This document shows, in pieces, positions 27,023 through 36,450 of a stretch of DNA of 55,703 nt. The notes under the pieces are model-generated. The model was not told the DNA's origin. It made no database searches and saw only the letters and a list, made by a program, of their open reading frames with translations. Every line of letters starts with the position of its first letter. The stretch's first letter is position 1. Both the position numbers and the translations under genes were made by a program. Source of the DNA: Bdellovibrionales bacterium (GTDB lineage Bacteria > Bdellovibrionota > Bdellovibrionia > Bdellovibrionales > JAMPXM01); contig JAYTRM010000223.1 in NCBI GenBank assembly GCA_043746165.1, positions 1 to 55,703 of the forward strand, given 5' to 3'.

Positions 27023-27724
27023 GTGGAAGCGCATTTTACCTGGTTCAACCTACTGCTCGAAAAATTCGGAATCAGTCATGAATATGTTCCTGTCGCATGT
27101 TCAATTTTTGCGACGATAATCATTGTTCTACTTTGCATCGCCGGCCGAGTCGCTCTCGGTTCCGGTGAAAAAGCCATCGAACCTGCAGGTCGTTTTTCGC
27201 TCAAAGGCGCTTTTGAAGCCTTCACCGAGATGATGGTCAGCATGACGGATATGGTCCTCGGTCATCACGGCCGCGTCTATCTGCCAATGTTCGGCGCGAT
27301 TTTCTTCTATATTCTCGTCAACAACCTGATTGGTCTCTTGCCCGGCTTCGCGGCCGCGACCTCGAACATCAATGCCACTCTCGCACTCGGCTTGTTTTCG
27401 TTCATCGCCTACAACGCGATCGGTTTCGCTCACTCTGGAATTCACTACGCCAAACACTATATGGGCCCGGTTTGGTGGCTTGTCCCCCTCTTGCTTCCTA
27501 TCGAGTTGATTTCCAACTTTGTTCGTCCCTTCAGTCTTGGTATTCGTCTCAGCGTTAATATGACGGCTGACCATGCTGTTTTAGGAACATTTATCGACTT
27601 AACAAAAGTGATCATCCCCGTTATTTTTTATGGCATGGGTACTTTCATCTCGCTGGTGCAAGCGTTTGTCTTCACCGTGTTATCGATGGTCTATGTCATG
27701 ATGGCGACAGCTGACTCGCATTAA
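27023..27724 (+). CDS. atpB: Fo ATP synthase subunit a
   Basis: 233-aa ORF (GTG start), polytopic, with the conserved Arg helix SLGIRLSVNMTADH. Confidence 0.92.
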   Translation: MEAHFTWFNLLLEKFGISHEYVPVACSIFATIIIVLLCIAGRVALGSGEKAIEPAGRFSLKGAFEAFTEMMVSMTDMVLGHHGRVYLPMFGAIFFYILVNNLIGLLPGFAAATSNINATLALGLFSFIAYNAIGFAHSGIHYAKHYMGPVWWLVPLLLPIELISNFVRPFSLGIRLSVNMTADHAVLGTFIDLTKVIIPVIFYGMGTFISLVQAFVFTVLSMVYVMMATADSH

Positions 27725-27817
27725 ATGGACACATTAATTGAACACTAAGTAGACCGCTAAATAAAGAAATATAAACAAAAAAGAGTTACTAGCTCTAGAC
27801 AACAAAAGGAACAGACA

Positions 27818-28171
27818 ATGAAAGCATACGGTAAAATTATTCTCGCAGTCGCAATGGTCCTCGTAGCGATTCCCGCTTTCGCACAAGATGCGACTGCAGC
27901 TAGCGTTGGTTCATCTCTCGGTCTGATCGGCCTCGGAGTTGGAATCATGATGGGCCTCGCCGTCCTCGGTGGAACTCTCGGTCAGTCGAAAGCCGCTTCG
28001 GCTGCTCTCGAAGGTATCGCTCGTAACCCGGCAGCTGCAGATAAGTTCTTCCTGAACTTCATCTTGTCGCTCGCCCTCATCGAGTCACTCGTTCTCTTCG
28101 CATTCTTGATCAGCTTCTCGCTCCAGGGCGCGCTGCAAAACGTCCTCAGGGCCGTTTTTCACCTCGCTTAA
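27818..28171 (+). CDS. atpE: Fo ATP synthase subunit c, with an N-terminal signal-peptide-like extension
   Basis: 117-aa ORF. It has a Gly-rich helix 1 (GLIGLGVGIMMGLAVLGG), the loop ARNP, and helix 2 with the carboxylate LALIESLVLF. AAGGA lies 8 nt before the ATG. Confidence 0.92.
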   Translation: MKAYGKIILAVAMVLVAIPAFAQDATAASVGSSLGLIGLGVGIMMGLAVLGGTLGQSKAASAALEGIARNPAAADKFFLNFILSLALIESLVLFAFLISFSLQGALQNVLRAVFHLA

Positions 28172-28192
28172 TTTCCACTATTTAGCTGTGGA

Positions 28193-28214
28193 GAGAACCT
28201 TAGTGGTTCTTTTC
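28193..28214 (+). terminator. Candidate intrinsic terminator after atpE
   Basis: GAGAACC-ttagt-GGTTCTT forms a 7-bp stem (one G-U pair) followed by TTCACTTT. It starts 22 nt after the atpE stop. Confidence 0.45.
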
Positions 28215-28232
28215 ACTTTGAATTTGAGCTTG

Positions 28233-28260
28233 AAAAAGCGGCTGCAGAGGTCGCTTTTTT
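28233..28260. terminator. Candidate bidirectional terminator (A-tract, stem, T-tract)
   Basis: AAAAAGCGGC-tgcagag-GTCGCTTTTTT, a stem of at least 7 Watson-Crick pairs that can be extended with G-U pairs. It lies between the convergent atpE and the OMP gene. Confidence 0.55.
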
Positions 28261-28338
28261 ACTTTGTGCGCCCGGTAGGGCGCAATTCTCTAGTCTAATC
28301 ACTGACTCAGACAAGTTTAGACGAGTTCCTAAGCGAAT

Positions 28339-29301
28339 TTAGAACAAATTGATAATCGCGTTCAAGCCCACTGTCGTCTCGTTGCTCGTCCACGACGAGA
28401 GTGGTGACGGATAAAACTTCAAGTAAAGGTAAAAGAACAAATCATCCGTGGCCGAAATCCCGAGGCCAAAGGTTTGGTAAACGCGCTTCGCAACGAACGT
28501 CCAACGATCCATGTTGCGGTCATGCTCAAAGGGAATGCCGAACACCGAGCGAATATTGAGTCTGTGAGTGAGTCCGTACTCAGCAAAAGGAACAAAGTAA
28601 TAATCGAGCTCGTCTTGTGCCGCTGAGCGGTCCCTGCCGTTGACCATCGAATCGGAGAAGCCGTTGAAATCTGAAATCAGAGAAAGACCGAGCGTGAACT
28701 CGGTCTTGGGAAACTTGTAGAGAGTGTCATTGTCGAAGGCTAAGCCGTAGAGATACCCGTATTTAGTTTCATAGTTTGCGGTATAGGCGTTGCCGATAAA
28801 ATCAAACCGATTATGAAAGCCCCACTTGTGAGTTGAAATCGCCCAGTCGAGCACAGGATCGGCAAGGCTGGTGTTTTGCTGCCCCTGAAGAGGCGTCTCA
28901 GTTTCGAGGCCGATTCCTAGGCCAACCGTTTGGGCACTATTAATTCTGTATCTTGTTGCCAAAGTGCCGACAAGATTCACTACTGGAGGCGGATTTTGGC
29001 TGCCGGGGTTTGGTGCATTGGCATCGAGCGGCTCGTTGATGGTCGAACCATTGTAAGTCAGATTGAGCTGACCGCTCCAGCGAGATTTTGAGCCTTCGAG
29101 GGCGCGCATTCGCTTGTTCTCGGTGTTTTGTTCAGCGTTGCCGGGAGCATCATTGCCCGGATTTTTGACCTCGGCTGCCGACGCCGCGTTTGGCCCGTTC
29201 CCGGTGGCGGGATTCGAAGTCGAATCTTGAGACCACGCTTGATTTGAAATGAAAAAGATAGCGAAGACACCGATGAAAGCCAGGTTTCCCAACAAACGCA
29301 T
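28339..29301 (-). CDS. Hypothetical outer-membrane beta-barrel protein
   Basis: 320-aa ORF with the signal peptide MRLLGNLAFIGVFAIFFISNQAWS-Q, alternating aromatic/polar beta-strand pattern and a C-terminal ...GLNAIINLF (terminal Phe). I recognise no family. Confidence 0.6.
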   Translation of the reverse strand: MRLLGNLAFIGVFAIFFISNQAWSQDSTSNPATGNGPNAASAAEVKNPGNDAPGNAEQNTENKRMRALEGSKSRWSGQLNLTYNGSTINEPLDANAPNPGSQNPPPVVNLVGTLATRYRINSAQTVGLGIGLETETPLQGQQNTSLADPVLDWAISTHKWGFHNRFDFIGNAYTANYETKYGYLYGLAFDNDTLYKFPKTEFTLGLSLISDFNGFSDSMVNGRDRSAAQDELDYYFVPFAEYGLTHRLNIRSVFGIPFEHDRNMDRWTFVAKRVYQTFGLGISATDDLFFYLYLKFYPSPLSSWTSNETTVGLNAIINLF

Positions 29302-29338
29302 TTTTCCCCCTCGACAGTCGCCTTCAAAGAGTACGCTA

Positions 29339-32014
29339 TCAATGCGAGGTCTGCAAAACCAACTTCAAGTAGTTTGCGGTTTCGCTGCGTTTATTTCGCG
29401 AAATTTCTTCCGGAGTGCCGCAGGCGACGATTTCTCCGCCGCCGCGTCCGCCGTCAGGCCCGAGATCGACCACGTGATCCACTGTTTTAACCACGTCGAG
29501 GTTGTGTTCAATAACGACAACGGTGTTTCCCTGATCTGTGAGCTCCTGAAGGAGCTCGATGAGCTTGGCGATGTCGGCAAAGTGAAGTCCGGTGGTGGGC
29601 TCGTCAAGAATATAAAAGGTCTTTCCGGTTCCGCGCTTGGAGAGTTCCTTGCTGAGTTTCACGCGTTGGGCTTCGCCACCGCTCAACGTTGTCGAGCTTT
29701 GTCCGAGCGTCATGTAATCGAGACCGACACGGTTGAGTGTCTCGAGCTTTCGACGGATCGCCGAGTGATGCTGAAAGAACGGCAGGGCTTCGGCTACGGG
29801 CATGGCGAGAACGTCGGCAATGTTTTTCTCTTTGTAGCGGATCGCCAAAGTTTCGCGGTTGTAGCGGCGGCCCTGGCAAACGTCGCACTCGACAAAAACA
29901 TCAGACATGAAGTGCATCTCGACGCGAATCATTCCGGCGCCTTGGCAGCTTTCGCACCGACCGCCCTTGACGTTGAAACTAAAGCGGCCTGGGGCGTAAC
30001 CGCGAACTTTTGAATCCGGAAGAGCTGCAAACAAGTCGCGCACGAGTGGAAATAATCCAACATAGGTCGCAGGCGTCGAACGCGGCGTGCGGCCGATCGG
30101 GTTTTGGTTGATATCGATGACCTTGTCAATGTGTTCAAGACCGGAAATCGAGTCGTGGGCGGAGATCTTCCACTTCGAGTTATAGAAGTGGTTTGAAAGA
30201 ATTCGGTAAAGCGTATCCATGATCAGCGTCGATTTGCCCGATCCTGAAACGCCGGTGATGGCGATCAACGAGCCCAACGGGAGCGTAAGATCGACATTTT
30301 TCAAATTGTTCCCACGAGCGCCTTTGAGAGTTATTTTGTCGCCATTACCAGTGCGACGCTTGCGCGGAATGGGGATCTGCAGCGCGCCCGAAAGATAGCG
30401 CCCCGTGAGGCTCGCGGCTGATTTTTCAATTGCGCGCGGAGTTCCCGCGGCAATGACCTCGCCGCCAAGACGGCCCGCACGCGGACCGATGTCGATGACA
30501 TGATCGGCCGAGCGAATGGTGTCTTCGTCGTGCTCCACCATCAAAATGGTATTTCCGAGTTCGCGAATGTCGCGCAAGATATCAAGTAGCCGGTGATGAT
30601 CGCGCGGATGCAGACCTATGCTCGGCTCATCGAGCACGTAAAGAACGCCGACCAGCGAGGAGCCCACTTGCGTCGCTAGGCGGATACGCTGGGCCTCCCC
30701 GCCTGACAAAGTTCGGGTTGGGCGATCGATGCTCAAGTAACCTGTTCCGACGCGCACCATGTAAGTGAGGCGCGATTCGATTTGTTTAATAATTTTTTCG
30801 GCGACCGTCTGCGTGCGCTTGGCCCAGTCGGCCGTTTGCAGAGTTTCGAGAAGCTCGACCGCGGAAAGTGCGGCGAGAGCCGTGATTGGCTGGCCGGCGA
30901 TAAAAACATTGCGCGACTCTTCGCGAAGGCGCGTGCCTTGGCAATCAGGGCAGACGCGCACGGCGAGTTGATCGACTTCACCATCGTCGTCTTCTTCTGT
31001 CTTGTGGGCAATCGTGCTACTTAGCCGGTATTTGACGTTGGTGACGACGCGCGGTTCATCGCCGCTCTCGTAGCGAACCTGCTCCACTTCTTCGATGTCA
31101 ATGGTGCCAAGGCCGTTGCAGGTCTTGCAAGCCCCGCGCGGGTTATTGAAACTGAAAAAACGCGGTTCGACTTCAGGAAAGCTAAATCCGCAAACAGGGC
31201 AAGCCGAATCAATCGAGTAGCCGGTCCGCTCACCATCTCGCTGGCCAACGCCCGCCGCACTCTGCCTCTCGACCACGACGCGGCCGGCACCGAGGCCGAG
31301 TGCCGTGTGCACACTCTCCGCAATGCGCGTGCGGGCGCCGTCCTTCACCACGACTTTGTCGATCACGATGTCGATGTCGTGCGCCTTGGTTTTGACGAGT
31401 TTTCCGGTTTTCTCGAGCTCGACAAATTTGCCGTCGATCTTCGCTGTGACAAAGCCGCGCTTGATCCACTTTTGAAATTCGGCAAAAAACTCACCCTTTT
31501 TGCCCTGGGCAAATGGCGCCATGATAATGATTCGTGCACCTTGGCCCATTTTTTCGATGTCGGCGATGATTTGATCGGGCGTCTGACCCGCAACGGGAAC
31601 GTGATGTTCAGGGCAGTGGGCGACTCCGACTTTGGCGTAAAGTAATCTGAGGTAATCATAAATTTCGGTGATGGTTCCGACCGTGGAGCGCGGGTTGAGA
31701 CCAACGGATTTTTGATCAATGGCAATGGCTGGAGACAGGCCGACGATCGAATCAACCTCGGGTTTTTTCAGCTTATCGAGAAAGTTGCGCGCGTAAGTCG
31801 AGAGTGAGTCGACGTAGCGACGTTGGCCTTCGGCGTAAATCGTATCGAACGCAAGGCTCGATTTGCCGGAGCCCGAAAGCCCAGTGATAACCGTGATTTT
31901 ATTTCGCGGAATATCGACCGAGATATTTTTTAAATTGTGCTCGCGCGCGCCCTTAACCCGAATTCCGTCGTAAAGCGGAGTGGAAACTTCAGGATTTTGA
32001 ATCAAGGTCGCCAT
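29339..32014 (-). CDS. uvrA: Excinuclease ABC subunit A
   Basis: 891-aa ORF with two ABC modules ([14 protein letters not shown] and [10 protein letters not shown]), two LSGGEAQR signatures and CxxC zinc modules. Confidence 0.96.
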   Translation of the reverse strand: MATLIQNPEVSTPLYDGIRVKGAREHNLKNISVDIPRNKITVITGLSGSGKSSLAFDTIYAEGQRRYVDSLSTYARNFLDKLKKPEVDSIVGLSPAIAIDQKSVGLNPRSTVGTITEIYDYLRLLYAKVGVAHCPEHHVPVAGQTPDQIIADIEKMGQGARIIIMAPFAQGKKGEFFAEFQKWIKRGFVTAKIDGKFVELEKTGKLVKTKAHDIDIVIDKVVVKDGARTRIAESVHTALGLGAGRVVVERQSAAGVGQRDGERTGYSIDSACPVCGFSFPEVEPRFFSFNNPRGACKTCNGLGTIDIEEVEQVRYESGDEPRVVTNVKYRLSSTIAHKTEEDDDGEVDQLAVRVCPDCQGTRLREESRNVFIAGQPITALAALSAVELLETLQTADWAKRTQTVAEKIIKQIESRLTYMVRVGTGYLSIDRPTRTLSGGEAQRIRLATQVGSSLVGVLYVLDEPSIGLHPRDHHRLLDILRDIRELGNTILMVEHDEDTIRSADHVIDIGPRAGRLGGEVIAAGTPRAIEKSAASLTGRYLSGALQIPIPRKRRTGNGDKITLKGARGNNLKNVDLTLPLGSLIAITGVSGSGKSTLIMDTLYRILSNHFYNSKWKISAHDSISGLEHIDKVIDINQNPIGRTPRSTPATYVGLFPLVRDLFAALPDSKVRGYAPGRFSFNVKGGRCESCQGAGMIRVEMHFMSDVFVECDVCQGRRYNRETLAIRYKEKNIADVLAMPVAEALPFFQHHSAIRRKLETLNRVGLDYMTLGQSSTTLSGGEAQRVKLSKELSKRGTGKTFYILDEPTTGLHFADIAKLIELLQELTDQGNTVVVIEHNLDVVKTVDHVVDLGPDGGRGGGEIVACGTPEEISRNKRSETANYLKLVLQTSH

Positions 32015-32041
32015 ACATTCTACCTTCGTTTTTCAGGGCTC

Positions 32042-33451
32042 TTAAGCCAACAACGGGTTGACGATACTTTCGATCTCACCCTGAATGCGCATGAGGCCTT
32101 CTTTCGTCGAAGATTCGAATCGCAAAACCAAAACCGGTTGTGTGTTCGAAGCGCGCGCCAAGGCCCAACCGTCGTTGTAGCTGATGCGAATGCCGTCAAT
32201 GAGGTTGACCTTGTAATCGCTGGTGTCTGCCTTGTAGATCGAACGCAACTTAGCCACAATCGAGCGTTTTTTATCTTCGGTCGTGTCGATACGCAGCTCG
32301 GGTGTATTGAACGCTGGCGGGAAGTCTGCGATTAGTTCTTTGAGTGACTTACCGCTCTTGGCAATGGCTTCGACCACTCTGAGGCCTGCGTAGAGCGCGT
32401 CGTCGTAGCCGTAGTTGCGATCGGCGAAAAACACATGGCCTGAGAGCTCGCCTCCGAACGGCGCTTTTTCCTCTTTGATTTTTGTCTTAATCAAGCTGTG
32501 GCCTGTCTTCCACATGATGGGCACGCCGCCGTGCTTGCGGATATCGTCGTAGAGACGGTCCGAACACTTGACGTCGCCGATGATTTTGGCGCCTGGCTTG
32601 TCTTTCAGGATCGCGCGGCTGATGATGACCATGAGCTCGTCGCCTTGGATGAAGCGTCCTTCAGCATCGACCACACCGATGCGATCGGCATCGCCGTCAA
32701 AACCAATTCCAAGTATGGCTTTGTGCTCGCGCACGGCAACCTTGAGCGCCGCGAGATTTTTTTCAACTGTCGGATCTGGGTGGTGATTCGGAAAGCGCCC
32801 GTCGGGTTCTTCAAAAAGGATAACCGGATCGAGTCCGACTGCCTCGTAAAGCCTGCGCGCAATGCAGCCGGCGACGCCGTTGCCGCAGTCGAGCACGACT
32901 TTCAAGCGCGGATTGTCTTTGAATGCGCCCGTAAATTCTTGTTTATAGCGAGCGACGTAATCATTGAAGATATCGAATGTCGTGTACGCGCCTCCGGCCA
33001 CCTTCACGGCCGGGCGTTCGTACATCGGCTGCATGATCTTCATAAGAGCTTGGATTTCTTCACCGAATATCGTCGATTTTCCGACAGAGATTTTAAATCC
33101 GTTGTACTCGGGGGGATTGTGAGAACCAGTGATCATAATTCCGCCCGCCGGCTGATCGAGCTGGAACATCGAGAAATAAGAGATTGGCGTGGTGATGAGA
33201 CCTAAAAAAATCACCCGCGCGCCGGCGGCCTGAAGTCCTTCGGCCATCGCCTTGGCAAGTGGCGGGCTAGAAAGCCGGGCATCGTGGCCGAGGGTTATCA
33301 CAGGATTTTTTTCTGCACCGCGAGCCGCAAGATAGCTCACAAAGGCTTGGCCCAAGCCAAACGCAAACGCCTCGTCAAAATCTTTTTGGTAAACGCCGCG
33401 GATGTCATACTCACGAAAAATTTCAGGGTTCAACTTCAACTTAGTCGGCAC
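32042..33451 (-). CDS. Phosphomannomutase/phosphoglucomutase family protein
   Basis: Family motifs are the active-site TGSHNPPEYNGFK and the Mg site GFDGDADR. The track ORF starts at 33538 inside pdxA. I prefer the GTG at 33451, which is preceded by AAAGGAG with 5-nt spacing and lies 10 nt after the pdxA stop. Confidence 0.88.
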   Translation of the reverse strand: MPTKLKLNPEIFREYDIRGVYQKDFDEAFAFGLGQAFVSYLAARGAEKNPVITLGHDARLSSPPLAKAMAEGLQAAGARVIFLGLITTPISYFSMFQLDQPAGGIMITGSHNPPEYNGFKISVGKSTIFGEEIQALMKIMQPMYERPAVKVAGGAYTTFDIFNDYVARYKQEFTGAFKDNPRLKVVLDCGNGVAGCIARRLYEAVGLDPVILFEEPDGRFPNHHPDPTVEKNLAALKVAVREHKAILGIGFDGDADRIGVVDAEGRFIQGDELMVIISRAILKDKPGAKIIGDVKCSDRLYDDIRKHGGVPIMWKTGHSLIKTKIKEEKAPFGGELSGHVFFADRNYGYDDALYAGLRVVEAIAKSGKSLKELIADFPPAFNTPELRIDTTEDKKRSIVAKLRSIYKADTSDYKVNLIDGIRISYNDGWALARASNTQPVLVLRFESSTKEGLMRIQGEIESIVNPLLA

Positions 33452-33461
33452 GAGAACTCCT

Positions 33462-34448
33462 TTACAGTTTTTCCGGTCGAAGACAGAGCTTTGCGGCCCA
33501 CGTGAGAGCCATCGCCATCGACCGAGAATCGGCGACATTTTTACCGAATATATCTTTGGCCGTCCCGTGATCGACGCTGGTCCTTACAAATGGGAGGCCA
33601 AGGGTAATCTGTATACCCGATTCTTGGCCGTGAATCATCTTGAATGGGATCAGCCCTTGATCATGGTAGTTTGCGACAAAAACTGAGTACCGGGCCCAAT
33701 TCTCGCGGAAAAAAGCCGCATCCGGCACCAGCGGTCCCTCTACCGGTATTTTTAGTTCTTCTGCAGCCTGGAGAGCTGGGGCATGAATCCGTTGCTCCTG
33801 GCTACCGATCAAACCTGCCTCGCCAGCGTGGGGATTTAATCCTAGGACCGCAATCGGCCGGCTCTGACTCTTGCGGTCGAGCAGCATTCTCAATTGGTTG
33901 GCCGCCTTAATGGCCGTGATCAGCCGGGGGGTTGTTAAGTTTGCCCCGATGTTTTCCACAGGGATGTGATCCGTCGCGAGGACCACGTTAAATTTATCTC
34001 CGACAAATCCCATGACGAGATTTTCGAGACCCGTGACGCGCTTCAAAATACCGGTATGCCCCATATCGCGAAACCCGGCCGTGACGATCGAGGTTTTCGA
34101 TAAGGGCGCAGTGACCATGCCATCGAGATGGGAAAATAAGCTCGCCTGCGCCGCTGTCTCGACCCACACGGGCGGAGGAAGATTGGAGTTGATATCGATC
34201 AAAACGCGCTTGTTCTTCACCGCAACTTTAAGCGCCTCAGGCCAGCTACTCACTGTGATTCGCTTGAAGTGTCGATCGATGAGGTTCAGTTGCCTGGTCG
34301 GCATAAGCGGCGAGCGCCAAACATAGTAGGTCACCCCGCTCTGGGCTTTCAGTTTCGCGAGAGCTTTGGATGTGACTTCTGAACCAACTCCGTCGACGTC
34401 GCCCGTCGTGATGGCAATACGCAGCGACTTCGCCTTGGCGCGACTCAC
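33462..34448 (-). CDS. pdxA: 4-hydroxythreonine-4-phosphate dehydrogenase
   Basis: Family motifs are LGLNPHAGEAG and TSVDHGTA. I prefer the GTG at 34448, which forms a GTGA start/stop overlap with the upstream surA-like gene; the track start is 34496. It follows the surA-pdxA synteny seen in E. coli. Confidence 0.88.
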   Translation of the reverse strand: MSRAKAKSLRIAITTGDVDGVGSEVTSKALAKLKAQSGVTYYVWRSPLMPTRQLNLIDRHFKRITVSSWPEALKVAVKNKRVLIDINSNLPPPVWVETAAQASLFSHLDGMVTAPLSKTSIVTAGFRDMGHTGILKRVTGLENLVMGFVGDKFNVVLATDHIPVENIGANLTTPRLITAIKAANQLRMLLDRKSQSRPIAVLGLNPHAGEAGLIGSQEQRIHAPALQAAEELKIPVEGPLVPDAAFFRENWARYSVFVANYHDQGLIPFKMIHGQESGIQITLGLPFVRTSVDHGTAKDIFGKNVADSRSMAMALTWAAKLCLRPEKL

Positions 34449-35431
34449 GTCGGGTTGATCCGAATGAAAGCGTCTTGGCGCAACAATTCGAGCCAAGAGT
34501 TCAGCTGCTTTTTGTAGGCTTTTTCGTAAAGACTGGCGCGAATTTTTTCGCGCTCCTTTTCGGTGCGCGGATCGGGAATGGCATGTTTTTTCACCAAGCG
34601 CACGATGTGAAATCCGTCGCGCGATGGAAGCACACCCGTGTAATCTCCGGCGTTGAGACCGGAGACGACGCTCTCGAGTTCGGGTTGCATTTCACCAGAT
34701 TTGAAAACGCCGAGCATGCCGCCATCTTCAAAGTTGGGGTCTTCACTTGTCGCGCTGGCAACCTGATCAAAGTTTCCGCCGTCTTTTAGTTTCTTCAAGG
34801 CTGCCTCGGCACGGGTGCGAGCCGCGTTAACGCCACCCGACTTTTTTGAAGAAAAGAAAATATGGGCGATCGTATATTCATAGGCCTGGTCAGACAAACC
34901 ACCATGAGCTGCCGCGAGGGCGGAAATCACGTCATCTTCCGAAACTTTAATTCGCGACGTGACTGACTTCTCGATCAGCCCTTGACGCTCTAAACCGGTT
35001 TTGATGAAGTCTTGGTATTGCGAGAAGTTCACGCCACGTTCTTGCAGAGCCGCCTTGAGTTCGTCTCGCGAAACGTTGTTGCGTTTGGCGACGTTACGAA
35101 TTTCTTGCTCCACTCGGTCCATCGTGACCGACAGGCCTTCTTTTTTGACATGCGAATCCATTACTTTTTCATCGATCAATTTCTGCAGCAGGAGATCAGG
35201 GCTCTTCATGACAGCTTCTTTTGTCGCCTCATCGGGAATGAGAAGCTCGTCGGTAAGGCCCCCACTCTTGAGCCGCTCCGTGAACTTATTGACGTCACTG
35301 AGAGTGATGATTTCATCGTTGACGACCGCGACGATTTTTTCGACGATCTCGGCCGAAGTCTTCTGGGTCACGCCCAAAATTATGAGCGCGATCACGATGG
35401 AGCGAACAGGAGCTAAGTAAGACTTCATCAA
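34445..35431 (-). CDS. surA: SurA-like periplasmic chaperone / parvulin PPIase
   Basis: 328-aa ORF with a signal peptide, a SurA_N-like helical domain and one parvulin domain (...GGMLGVFKSGEM...DGFHIVRL). The symbol is assigned by architecture and synteny only. Confidence 0.7.
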   Translation of the reverse strand: MMKSYLAPVRSIVIALIILGVTQKTSAEIVEKIVAVVNDEIITLSDVNKFTERLKSGGLTDELLIPDEATKEAVMKSPDLLLQKLIDEKVMDSHVKKEGLSVTMDRVEQEIRNVAKRNNVSRDELKAALQERGVNFSQYQDFIKTGLERQGLIEKSVTSRIKVSEDDVISALAAAHGGLSDQAYEYTIAHIFFSSKKSGGVNAARTRAEAALKKLKDGGNFDQVASATSEDPNFEDGGMLGVFKSGEMQPELESVVSGLNAGDYTGVLPSRDGFHIVRLVKKHAIPDPRTEKEREKIRASLYEKAYKKQLNSWLELLRQDAFIRINPT

Positions 35432-36450
35432 GACCCCCGGGTTGTCACTTGAATGGCTCGAATCACGGCTTCATTGCGCTTGACCGTGGATTTTCGAACC
35501 TGTTCTTCAAGCCAGTTGCGAAACACGGTCTGAGAGGCCGTTTCCTGCAGCTGGGCCCGGATCTTATCTTTGACTTCACTGAAACTCAAATGCGCTTCGG
35601 GTTCTTTTTTGAGAACCTCATAAATATGCCATCCATAGGGACTTTTCAAAACCTTGCTGCGAGCTCCGATCGGCATCTTAAAGGCCTGATCGAAGATATC
35701 GAGGGTGCCCTTATCGAGCCAGCCGGTATCACCGCCCGCTGCGGCTTCGGGTGCGGCCGTATATTGTCTGGCGAGAGTTTCGAGATTGGCACCGTGCGAG
35801 AGCTGGTCGTAGATGCGGTGCGCAATATCTTCTTTCTCGACGACGATTTGCCGCAGGCGAATCCGAGCCGGTCGGTCGTAAGTGGCTTTGTTGGCGTCGT
35901 AATAACTTTTGAGCTCCGCATCGGTCGGGTCTTTTTTGGCTACCGCAGTTACGGCGGTGTAAACCTTTTTCTGAAGCGAAGTGAATTCCATGTCTTTGCG
36001 CCAAGCTTCGATGGATAGATTTTCGTTTGAAAGAGCCCGGCGAAAAGCGAAGTCGTCTGGATACTTGGATTTAATATCCGACATCGCTTTATCGAGTTCT
36101 TCATTTGAAACAGTGAGGTTATGTGCGCGGGCGTAGTCCCGAGTGATCAATTCAAGGACCAAGATTTGAACCGTTTCTTCCTTGGCGCGATCGAGCGTAG
36201 CTTCGTCTTTGGCTGAAAGCGAGTCGTAAGGCTTTAAACGAACCGCAAGCCGATCGGCGAATTCTTGGGTAGAGACATCATGTCCGTTGATATTCACTGC
36301 CGGTTTGTCGAGAACGGCGCGGTCACGCGAGAAACATCCGCCGAGCAAAAGTGAGAGGGAAGCAGCGAAGCAGATCGTCCAGCGGCCGGCTCCATGACCG
36401 AGCCGTTCGGAGGAACGGCAGGAAAAACCAGAAAAACCAAAAGACATCAC
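35428..36450 (-). CDS. Parvulin-type peptidyl-prolyl isomerase lipoprotein (PrsA/SurA family)
   Basis: 340-aa ORF with the lipobox LLLGGC and a parvulin domain (RIRLRQIVV...GGDTGWLDKG...YGWHIYEV). It has 4-nt overlaps on both sides. Confidence 0.75.
   Translation of the reverse strand: MMSFGFSGFSCRSSERLGHGAGRWTICFAASLSLLLGGCFSRDRAVLDKPAVNINGHDVSTQEFADRLAVRLKPYDSLSAKDEATLDRAKEETVQILVLELITRDYARAHNLTVSNEELDKAMSDIKSKYPDDFAFRRALSNENLSIEAWRKDMEFTSLQKKVYTAVTAVAKKDPTDAELKSYYDANKATYDRPARIRLRQIVVEKEDIAHRIYDQLSHGANLETLARQYTAAPEAAAGGDTGWLDKGTLDIFDQAFKMPIGARSKVLKSPYGWHIYEVLKKEPEAHLSFSEVKDKIRAQLQETASQTVFRNWLEEQVRKSTVKRNEAVIRAIQVTTRGS

Noticed and set aside
29249-30013. 254-aa plus-strand ORF overlapping the OMP gene start and the uvrA 3' part.
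   Set aside because: It is antisense to uvrA, which is conserved along its full length. I recognise no motif.
33475-33500. Other CACGTG-containing sites checked as extra parS candidates, for example at about 4927, 14727, 29463, 33486, 37955 and 48833.
   Set aside because: Only the central CACGTG hexamer matches. The flanking TGTTC/GAACA arms are absent (at most 1-2 of 5 positions), so these are chance E-box-like hexamers inside coding sequence.
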